Shown here: positions 1 to 11,100 of the stretch, piece after piece | Position numbering within the stretch: the first letter of the stretch is position 1 | How the letters are laid out: each line of letters opens with the position of its first letter | Assembly: GCA_965644295.1 (NCBI GenBank) | Contig: CBFFRP010000090.1 | Span: forward strand, 62,001 to 126,000 | Direction of reading: 5' to 3' | Source: Paraphysomonas bandaiensis | Taxonomy: Eukaryota; Protista; Chrysophyceae | Length of the DNA stretch: 64,000 nucleotides | Translations under genes and position numbers: made by a program | Notes under the pieces: generated by a model | Databases searched by the model: none | What the model was told of the DNA's origin: nothing | What the model saw: the letters and a program-made list of their open reading frames with translations, nothing else

Positions 1-739
1 CTGGAGATGGTGGGTGGATGGGTGGCATGGCTCCCGATAATAAGCAGAAGTTTGAGCCCGAGCAAGAAACTCCCGATGTTATGACAACGTATGTTAATTG
101 TGTTTCCTTGTCGCTATTATTTACATTTCATTCAGGCAAAATAAAGACAAACATTTCAATGATGACGATGCAGGTATAGACGTCACTATCCCTAACACTA
201 ATCAAATAGTGTGAGTCATCAAATGTTCTCACAGAAATTGTCATCCCTGATCTTGATGAGGATGGAGGTGGCGATACAGATCAGAGAGGTAAATTAGATT
301 TTTTTCGTGTATACCATAACGCTCTTCTAGTTGCTCATGCACCACGGAATGTTAGTCGAAAGATTCCACCTCTCTCATCACTGCAGCACGAGGCCAAAAC
401 GTTTTTACAGACAAACAAGGTATGTGCTTTATTTTTTGATGTATCATATGTCCTATGTTTTTTATATCTAATAAGCTATGCTTTTATGTACAACATGATT
501 TGAAAGTAATTACATCAGGATGGAATTGATTTGAGTATACTTCTTGGAACCCTCGTTCCATCGAACATGTTGGTGGAGGATGACTCGCTCTGGACTTTTG
601 ATTCGTTATTGCGGGTAATTTAGCATGAGATATGTATAGTTGTGTAATAGTGCACCTGAATTTCTAGGAAGTAACTGAGGAGCTGCATTCAATGGCGAAA
701 GAACAGGCGGCCACTACGAAGAGTGCTCCAAAAGCGTAG
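1..739 (+). CDS. IFT43: Intraflagellar transport protein 43, 3' part (5' end outside window), about 6 short exons
   Basis: Manually spliced peptide ...IVIPDLDEDGGGDTDQR-VAHAPRNVSRKIPPLSSLQHE...DGIDLSILLGTLVPSNMLVEDDSLWTFDSLLR-EVTEEL...KA* matches the IFT43 pattern (IPDL...IDLxxL...VxExDxxWxFDxL). GT-AG introns, e.g. 89-135. Stop TAG at 737-739. Confidence 0.8.
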
Positions 740-1180
740 TTGGATATTGTACATATAGTGGAGAGGCACGTCTGTGGTAGACAATATTTCTGTGTCCGTA
801 CTTACTAATGAGTCTTGTGCACACTGTGCTAGTGCAAATTTACAATGTTTAGTCGAGCTATGCATTGTAGAGTAGTAAAGTTGTCGAAGTTAGTGTATTT
901 AGTAATGTACACTTGACGTTTGTTCATTTGTAGACGCAGCTGCAAGGATAATTAAGGAGTAGAACATTCGGGTGGCAATTTCTCTTGTATGGTATAAGTT
1001 GTGCTAGGATACTGACATAGAGAGACTATACACACACACCACAGCAAGAGAAATCCTTCGGATTCCGTGTGTATATTTTTTGAAAGAATAGGAAGATATG
1101 CCAGGGTTACTTTTCAGCTCACTTTAGGAAAGTAAATCGACAACCTTTGAAGAAACAGTATTGCATGCAGTTGTGTGATG

Positions 1181-1653
1181 ATATTGAAGGTCTTATTATT
1201 AGCAATAGGCGTTAAGAATCAGCACCCTAGTACAACCTCTATTACCCTACGATTTAATGCTACGGAGGCTGCTTGTGCGTCGCGCAAGCACCAAGGTGCA
1301 ACCACCTCAGCTCTATCGCTCAAAGCAAACGCAGTGAGCAAGCAAAATGTTGATACATAGCTACCTGACATATGCTAACTTTAAGGTGAACATCCCGGAT
1401 GCTTGACTTCAGCAGGCAGCCCAATAACCCAGTCACCCTTCAGGTGGGCCCATTTCCGGAAGCCTGTTTATTTGTCAAGGCCCAAAGGCTTTACACGAGT
1501 GACACTTATTGATGTCCCTTGTACCACACAAGCATTCGGCTATGAGTGGGCAGAACAATATCTACTGTCTATGTTTGCGGCTCACGATAGTTTCCCGGAG
1601 AAATATCTCCCAAGAACACCACGAAATGGTGCGAGTCCGACTTTGTTGAGAGG
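1181..1653 (-). mobile_element. Non-autonomous retroelement (SINE-like family X), full-length copy
   Basis: Homologous to 16661-17118 and 27232-29100. Flanked by 8-bp direct repeat GTGTGATG (1173-1180, 1654-1661). 3' tail shared with the LINE at 46984-48625. Confidence 0.75.
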
Positions 1654-1789
1654 GTGTGATGTGTGTTACAGTGACATCATTATATTACATTTTACACAAG
1701 AGATCTGCAACTAATTTTAAGGTGCTCTTCGGTTTTGTATGTTCGGTGCTAGTGTGTACTCTTTCTGTATAGTATAATAAGTCCGAAAA

Positions 1790-1821
1790 TTAAAATTACC
1801 ATTCACGGATACCAGGCCCTG
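1790..1821. mobile_element. Isolated hAT terminus (right-end remnant)
   Basis: attaccattcacggataccaggccctg resembles the right TIR region ending at 28922 (attaccattaacggttaccaggccctg). Confidence 0.55.
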
Positions 1822-2059
1822 CTCCATATCACCATCCCCTTTTGTTGTAGCTGCTGAATGAATGACCTGATCTATGCTCCATCAATTTAAATTTAGTTCT
1901 ATGACCTCATTGTTCTGTATGCGTAGTGCGTAGCTATATATGCGAGAAAAATATATTTGTCTCCTAAAATATGACCAAGAATTTACTAATTTATAATGAA
2001 AGTCATTTCAATCATTTTGGCAATCTTATATCTCTAGTAAAACCGGTACACTGTCATAA

Positions 2060-4380
2060 TCACACTGTGCTTTTACAAAGCATATTGAGAAGTATAAAGG
2101 TTTTCATCTTTGCTGTGGTACCACTATCATGAAAACCATCCGCTAGATCTAAGTTCGCGCTCGTCAGTAAATACATATCGATTACTTCAAACTTGAGATC
2201 ATCAACATAAAGCTTGGATACTATTCTGTCAGTTCGTCGTATAACTTCTCCTATGGAACCGTAAAAGGCAGCGTTACTATAGAGATTGTTGCCATTTAGG
2301 TATATCTTAATTCGAGGTAAGTACTCGGCATTAGAATATTGGTGCCGTTGCCAGAATTTCAGCCAGTGGGTATTTTGCAAATACTTCTCGTAGTTATCTA
2401 AATCACCCCATAGCTGTAAATTGTGAGACAAAGCCATGTTCTGGATATACACGTCGGGATACGGCTTCGACATAATCTGCAATATCAAAGTTAATGTGCA
2501 CATACTAAGCACATGTACCTACTTTATCCACGGTTTCATCGTCAGACCAAGCATTGTGAAAACCGATATGCACTCCCATCTTATCAGTCTTAAGCTCCTG
2601 TATGTAGGTTGTAATACATACACACGTACACACGTACACACTGGCTGCACACATTGGCAACGCAACATAGGGCAGATTATTATGAGCACATGCGTACATC
2701 AAGCGTGCATAGCTTCAAATGGAATTACCTTGTAACCTTTCACATTAGTCATTTCCTTCATCTCTGCTGCGGATAATTCGGACAGCCCTAAGGCGTGGTT
2801 AATACTTGTAGTAAGTCCTCGCACTTGTGAGTCTCCGTGAAGGAATATGTTAGTGAGGTTACGGTCGTTTAGACACTTTATTGCCTAGAAAACATCACAA
2901 TTAGACAACGCGTAATTACTGCGATAACATGCGCCATAGAAGTGATTATATCATACAGAATTACCTCCTTTCTTCCCATGATCTCGTACTTGCACTCATA
3001 TGGTGCATATATTTGCAGCCTTGAAACATACTCTGGTCTCATTTCTCCTACATAATATAGGCTGCATATCTTGCCGTTCGCATATCTGTTCCATGTTACC
3101 GGTATTCAGCTAGCGCATACTTGATCATCACTTGCTTACCTCGATAGTTCCAGTAGATGAATTTGTGCATCAGTGAGTTTCCCACTGTACAAATTATTGT
3201 CATCAATAGCTTCTTCCTTCATCTGTGTATACATGTCTCCCCACATATAGCTCGGACTTAAGGTGTCAGCGTAGGTAAAGTACTCTAGCTTTTCATGTGG
3301 TGCCTTGGCAGGTTTAGGCTTGAGGTACGAGTACGGGGCCGCTCCACACTGTTTACTGACAATATCAGGTAGTACTATCCAACGCCCAGAATGATTTCCA
3401 CTCGTGCATATAGGCAGACTCTTCGACGACGCATGTGATCTACATCGATAAGCTCCGTCTGATACTGTAATCGCACGTGGTGTCCGCGGCAGGAATGCTT
3501 GTCTGTCGCACTCTTCCATGTACCATGTGCTTTTGGCCCCACAGGAAGAGTAGCGCTTGCATCTATACTCCGTCCCGCCCATATATACCGCATACCAGCT
3601 ATTGATTCCCTTCTTTACTTCTGCCGGGGTCCACTTGAAAAGCGCATTGGGATAGAACCACATCATTCTAGTCTCGAGATTATATTGCCCTGGCACAGTA
3701 AGCGTGTAATCGGCAACCAGCACATCCATACAGTTTCCATCTGTGCATACAGGTAAATGGCGTTGCAAGGGCGCTACAATCTCAGGGCCGATCAATCTAA
3801 TGTTAATTTGGAGGGCACGAGGAGACCACCCCGCATATGTTACACTTTTCCATCTGTCAATAGTAATATTAGAGTGAGACCTTGTCCTTATTTCGTTCCA
3901 ATAAGCTTTGTACCGCTCCTGTAGACCTCGTATATTCGTATAGGTCTTGCTGGTATCGCCACAAGTCAGAATTCCAAGCCAGCATTTCGAATGAGTTGTA
4001 CAGTTGTTTGGTCCGAATACCCATGGAATCATACCTGTGAGTTTATAGAGCAAGGGCACACCCCTCCCCTCTGGTCTAGGAGTGAAGTTGGGGTTATGTA
4101 TGATGGGGCTCTGTACTTTCTTCTTTATGAGAGATTTGAATTCATCCGACCCCATAAACGCCATACACTCCGCTGCACCGACCTTATACCACCTCTCGAT
4201 CTCGTCTCTAGAGGGTCCACCCATTGTCCCATCATCTGGCTGAGGGAGTACAGTGGGAGGAGAGGGGGGGGAGTATCTGGCCTTCTCTGATGAAGAACAC
4301 ACGGGTTCAAACTCATCTCCTACCACACAGCAACCAATAGACACATACACAACACAGACTAACAGAATGAGTGATGTCAT
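2060..4380 (-). CDS. Secreted or membrane-anchored SGNH-fold (PC-esterase/NXPE-like) protein, multi-exon
   Basis: Hydrophobic N-terminus (MTSLILLVCVVYVSIGCC). Internal exon at about 2810-2860 reads NIFLHGDSQVRGL (GDSxxR). Last exon has LADGFH (DxxH). Ig-like stretch ADYTLTVPGQYNLE. ORFs 3136-4380 and 2060-2512 are joined by short exons. Confidence 0.6.
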
Positions 4381-5299
4381 AGATAGAGAAACAGGTATTT
4401 CACTGAGATATGAATTGCTGTGTCTTCTATCCTGCCATTAATAGATACACACACACCGAATACTGAGCACTGAGCTGAACACACTGGTGTACAGTTGGAC
4501 TGCTGTATAGACTGTACTTTACATTCTGTGATTCTCATAATACGCATATTTGGGGAAATTTACTTAAAAATCCATGTTTTTCATGTATTTTGTTTTTTGA
4601 TAATAATTAAAGGAGCAGAAACCCCCAAGCAGATATCTGCTGTATATATACAGCCAGCAGCAGTGTACACCAGCAGAGCCATCATATCTTCAACAAACAG
4701 AACGCACTTCTTTTCCAGCCTTCACTTCTACTTGTATGTATAGATACGGACACAGGCAGGTCGCTACTTTACCTTGAACTTCAGGTACACTAAGCGGACA
4801 CGATGACGCTTACAGATTTTTGATTGGTGTTCTTTTACTTTCAGGGCGAGCGAATTCGAAGGAGCCCCCAAGAATTCGAAGATCACTCAGTGTTGCTCGC
4901 ACAGGCAGCTGGAGAGCCCCCGATAGACTCTCGAAGGGTCGCATATGAGTCTATTAGACTATAATTAACATTGCAGTCTCGTATAATGCACCTGCTGTGC
5001 AGTGCTGACGACGTCGATGTGGATATGTTGCAGCTCCCCACCGTCTCAATGGGGCAGCGAACACCTAAACAAGGGAAACGTAAAAAGGCTGTAGAGCCCA
5101 CTACGGTCCGCACGAGCCATATTCGGCACAAGCAGGTTGGAGCTTGTCTAGCGATGGAGCAGGAGGGGGTCCTGAGCGCCCTCTCCCCTCCTGGGAGCAC
5201 TGCTAATGATAGTGCATCCACAATGCCATTCCTCGCACCTTTCAGGAGTTTTGTGAAGGCTCAACGACTCCGGGGTTGAAGACCTTCCTGCTTTGCGAG

Positions 5300-6116
5300 G
5301 GATGTATACCGTGGAAGAGCGGAAGGAAGCGCTCTTGGATGCACTGAGGCTTCTACTTACGATCGTGCCTCAGAGGATTATGGCGTCCCTGGCCGGACTA
5401 TACTTCGAGACAAGAAGGCTGTCATGGAGGGATTTCACTTGACCGAGCGCAACGCCTTCAGAGAATTTGCTCGTGATGTCAGTAATCATGCTACAATCGA
5501 AGAATTTATTGAAGCCATGAAATTTCCTTGCATGGGCCGAAGGAGGTAATATTATTTATTATTTTTGCGTTCTTCCTACCAACTGCGTATCGGTATCCTT
5601 TGTATAGTTTGTTCAAAGATGCCTCATATATTGAGTCAAAAATTATCTGTATTCCAGCTGTTGTTGTATCTCAGTAATATAGAGAGTTTTTGCTTCAATT
5701 TATTCCCGAAAACGATGCTGACTGCCGATACGTGAATTATTTTCAGTTATATACCCTCATATGATCGCTCCGTCATTGCTGTGGGATTTGAACTGAGGGG
5801 ACGGCGGGTGCTGGCGCAACCACTTGTGTCATGTCCAGAACATTGTCGGCAGTACTGCCGGGCAGAGGGTAAGGCACTCGTGGAGGCCAATGGTGTCTCT
5901 ACTCCCCTGTCGGAGCGGCTGCTATCGGCAAAGTGTGGCAGACAGTTTATTTTTCATAACTTTATCAACGTGAAGGACAACTTTGGTTTGGGAGAGGTCG
6001 CGAAACCGACCAAAGTTGCCCTTCACGTTGAGAGTTCTAAGAATCCGAGTCTGATGTCAGTGTGTGATTTTGCATTTCCATCTGTGCCATTCACCACAAA
6101 TCGTTCTCTTGCCTAA
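5300..6116 (+). pseudogene. Decayed pipsqueak-like HTH gene, possibly a pogo-type transposase N-terminus
   Basis: MYTVEERKEALLDA, a frameshift, then STYDRASEDYGVPGRTILRDK resembles the psq HTH pattern (YTxExxxxAL...AxxYGVPxxTL). No DDE domain seen. Confidence 0.3.
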
Positions 6117-8193
6117 CATGAACATAACTTGATGTTGATGATGTCCTTTTTTGGAAATAATAATTATTTGTGTAGACAGTGTTGATTGCTCTATTATACT
6201 TATTTCTACAACTGAGATTTTAGCAAATTTGTACTGCTAAGATAGCATTCAAGCACTTTTAGAACCATTCTACAACAATTCTTAAAAGTCTAGTAAAATC
6301 TACTAGAATTTCCCAAATTTCTGAAAATTTCCCACGTTTGCATATTGTTTACTTTGTAGATAGAGTGATCAACCAAGAGATATTTAGCAGGTAATTGGTA
6401 TCATTTGTATTGTGATCATCAATGTTCAATAATTTCTTATCATAATTTAGATATAAGTTCTAGATACACTATATTCACCAAATACAACACGAGAGTATGA
6501 AGTTGCCGTGCAACTGATGGCAGTTACCTGAACATTAGATCTATCCCGATCTTTCATTCTAGTTACACTGTTAAGTTTTTTCAACGATCCATTTACCCAC
6601 CTTACCTTTCAATGCAGGGGTTATTCCACAAAGAATCTATAGCTTCATTAGGACCAAAGTGTTCTCTTGTATACCTAATACCTTTGTAACAACATTCTAT
6701 GTCATTATCATGCACGTTAAATACAGAGAATGGTGGGGCGTCTGTATCATAATAACCCAGAGATTCCTCGTGCTTTCAATTAGCTCAATGCTGTCAGGAT
6801 GACGTTGATCGTCCACAATCATGTCAAACGTAATAAATAGTAAGTTTTATTGTTTCATTTGTGCATCAATGTCACTCTTGGTGAGCAACATCTACGACAT
6901 AAAATACCAGGCATCGTGTGTAAGTTACCCTACACAGTGCTACACAACGAATTACAGCGATCTGAGCACATCAGCGTATCAAGCACAGTTGAATTAGTCT
7001 AATAGTAATGTCAGATGTAATGTACGAAGTACTCATGACGCGTCATGTAGGGATCATTCCATAGTATGGTGTGTATGTGACTTCCACTGACAGTGAAAAC
7101 CCGCCATGCTAACATAATTCCTACTCGTAGTGCTGTGCATCATCATCTGTATCCGTAGCGTAGCGGCGCTCTCTGCTGATGTGGGTCATCTGGATCATTG
7201 TTTTGATTGGGGATGCCGGACGCTATCTATGGATTGGTATCCCATACCCGTCTATGGAATAGCTGAAGGAGGCACAGTCTGTACATTGCATCCCTGACAC
7301 AGTCATGTGTACTAGAGTGCGGTATACGTATGAGATTGTTGAGTGGTGGGTGTGTGTATAGGCACACGGGTATGTCAACACCAGTGATGGTGATGTTCGT
7401 GGATAGAGAGCATGTATAGTACAGCACATACATGATAAGGACAGAGACATCGCTGAATTATGTATATTTATATACACTCAATTGTTAGACTCCTGATATA
7501 TCAGAACAGCAACTAAGACGGATCACAGACTCTTTGTAAGTGTTGGATTTGTAATATAAGCTCTGATGTTGTGATGTGAAAATAAAGCGATTTATTAATC
7601 GTACGAATTGAATGAAGAGCGTTGCACCACCCTTTTTCCCTTTATCAGCAGTTATAATGGAGCTCTTCAACTTTGGTCCCAAGTTACAAACCTTATGTAT
7701 GATGGTAGATGTCAATACTGGAGTGCACTTACAGATATTCAATATAGTCATGGGGTTTAATAAATTTATGTTACTATATTGTCAAAAATTTAAGTTGAAA
7801 GCATATTATATTTTGTGAATACATTGACCACGGATCATACAAATGGCCGCTCATATATCAGTATCGCTTAGCAAACCCTATTCATTTCTGTTTCACTTTC
7901 ATTATGAAAAAAATCAAATATTGTAAATGGAAGTATCCAAGATAGAATATCTAACACTAAAATATCCATCATGGTCAAGTTGAGTTCAACTGTTTGTAAG
8001 ATATATTTCTAAAGTATATTATGATTTAAGTCTTACTTGAAATATACAGTTGCGATTAACAGTATTACATACATCATGAACAAATGATATGATAGAACAT
8101 AGGAAAAGTAGTAGTGAAAATGAAATATATATTGACAGTCTGTCTGCTACCGACATATAGTTTGAAACTTTAAAATAAATTGGAATACATGAT

Positions 8194-11100
8194 TTATAAA
8201 TTAAACAGCGAAGTCACTGCACTCTGAACATGATTTCTAACAACATTTCTAACGTCTATTTCGGAGTCAACAGTATGGTTTGCTAAATTTACACGGTATA
8301 TACGAACTCCATGTGCCTCCGATAAGTACCTATCACGAACTGTATCAAATAAATTACTCCTAGGGTACTGGTGCGTTGGGCCGTCGATTTCGATGTTTAT
8401 CACTCTGCCATCGCCACTGGTGAGGAGTATATCTGCCTCGAACCCGTGAATGTATATGTTACTAGTTACTTTCGCATCCAACCCACAGTCATTTACAAAT
8501 GATTGAATTTCACGCAAAAACAGATCCTGGGTATTTGACTGACTATGCTTGACTTGACAGACACCACGAGTTTCTTTGATAGTAAGTGTGCTTACTTCCC
8601 TCAGAATCTCCACCAACCTACATTTTACATTCTCAGGTATATCTTTCACACCATGTAGAAACAAGTCGACAGATCGCCATAAATCCATCGCCCCTTCATA
8701 TCCCCACAAGGACTGACCAGTGACCTCACATGTGACGTATTCCTGTACATTGGAGGGTACTTTTTCCAGTGCAGAAGACAAAAACATACTAACCGCTACA
8801 TGCTGCGCTGACATGCCCTGAAGGCCATATAGACATTGACTAAGCGTCTGTGGAGGTAGGAGTGACAAGTCAGTTCGAATTCTTGAAGCCAGTAAACCCA
8901 ACACGTCCCTAACCTCCGGGTAGTGACTGGACATGCGCTGCAGACCATACACAGCGATCCCTATCGCTTGAGAACCCAACGGCTCATCACATGACTGCAT
9001 CTTACTGCTTAGAGCTTGCAATACAACACGGACCTCTGGATATTCGCTACTCATACCCTGAAGTCCATAAAATGCTGCACCAATCTCTGCAGGACGAAGA
9101 GCATCACTACATTGAAATATCTTAGGAGCAAGTGCAACTAGCATGTCGCGTACTTCAGAGTGACTGCTACACATGCCTTGCATACCATACAGCGCACTAC
9201 TAATATGCTGCGATTCCAGTGCACCAGGGCTAGCAGATACGTGCCCTACGAGCACACTCAGTAGTGTTCGCACTTCAGGATGATAACTAGTAAACTTTTG
9301 CATACCATACAGGGCATTCCCGACACTACAAGATGATATACGCTCCGTACACTGTCGTATCTTGTCACTCAATACAAGCACTATTTCCCTAACCTCCGGG
9401 TAACAACTAGACATACGCCTCAAGCCATAAAGCGCACTTCCAACACCCTGCTCATCAAGACCCTCACTGGACTGTTTAATCCTCTTGCTTAGACAACGAA
9501 GAAGATCCCTGACCTCCTCGTGGGTAGCAGACATACTCTGTAAACCGTACACAGCGATTCCCATCTCCTGTGGGCTCATATTGCCAGAAACCCTATCGAT
9601 ATGAGGAGTCAAATGAGATATCAGAATCCGAACTTCCTCGTAGTCACTTGACATTCCCTGGAGCCCATAGAGTGCATTCGATACAGCCTGAGGAGTGAGC
9701 TCTTGTTGGAAAGACTTGATCTTTTCCCCAAGTGATCTCACCAATTCACGGACCTCTGTGTGGTCACTGGTCATGGACTGCAGTCCATACAGGGCATTGC
9801 CAATCTCTTGAGGCCGAAGGGAATCACCACTATCATGCATACATCCACATAAAGCAGATAATAACTCTCGGACTTCTTTATACTGAGAGGACATTCTACG
9901 CATACCATACAATGCGTTTCCGATCGCTTGAGACTTCAGTGGTTCAGGAGATGCGGCTATTTTCGTTGTGAGTGCTGTCAGTAACTCCCGCACTTCAGGA
10001 TAATCAGTCGACATATTCTGAAGTCCGTATATCGCACTACCAATTTCCAGAGAACTCAATGCTTGATTCCCAAGCAGTATAAGTCTCGTCAATATAGGTA
10101 TAACCTGCCTAACTTCTGTGTGGTCACTGGTCATGGACTGCAGTCCATACAGGGCATTGCCAATCTCTTGAGGCCGAAGGGAATCACCACTATCATGCAT
10201 ACATCCACATAAAGCAGATAATAACTCTCGGACTTCTTTATACTGAGAGGACATTCTACGCATACCATACAATGCGTTTCCGATCGCCTGAGAGTTCAGT
10301 GGTTCAGGAGATGCGGCTATTTTTGTTGTGAGTGCTGTCAGTAACTCCCGCACTTCAGGATAATCAGTCGACATATTCTGAAGTCCGTATAAAGCATTAC
10401 CAAGTATCTGTGAATCTATTATTGCCTTAGATGAATAAATACGACTAGTTAGTGCAGATATTAGTTCCCGGACTTCACTGTGTTCGCAAGACATCTTTCG
10501 CATACCATATAGCACATTTCCTATGGCCTGGGCACTCAGTGGTTCGGTTGAAGATGATATATTTTTCGTGAGCGCAGATAAGAGAGAAACAACTTCTGAA
10601 TGACTAGAAGACATGTTGCGGAGGCCAAATAGAGCACCAGATATTTCCAGATCGTTCAGTGGTTCACTACACGACAAAATCTTTGTAGACAAGGAATGTG
10701 CTAATGCACAGACTTCTGCATGTTCACTTGACATGCCACGCAGTCCATACAATGCGCTAGCAAGAGAATACCGCTCCATAACAGCATCGCTCTCAATAAC
10801 ACATTGAGTCAAGATAAAAACCAATTGACGGACCTCAGAAGAATACGAAGACATATTTTTCAATCCATACAGAGAACACCCTATATCTTGACCACTAAAA
10901 TTACCCGAAACCGAAGAAAATTTCGAGGACAATATGGCCAACAAAGAACGCACCTCAGAAGATTCACAAGACATGTTCTGAAATCCAAACAAAGACTTTG
11001 ATAAAGTATACGAATGAAATAAATCATCACAATCGGATATCAGGGGTGTTAGTGCAGCCAGCATATCGCGTACTTCAGAGTGACTGCTACACATGCCTTG

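Noticed and set aside
1175-1714. Short ORFs at 1175, 1403, 16834, 27184, 28391, 28704 and 28935 that resemble one another
   Set aside because: The similarity comes from the shared family X or hAT DNA; frames are not conserved between copies.
6440-7220. Possible minus-strand exons (e.g. YDTDAPPFSVFNVHDNDIECCYKG) downstream of an RY-rich tract
   Set aside because: I could not build a consistent spliced ORF or recognise a family; possibly a pseudogene.
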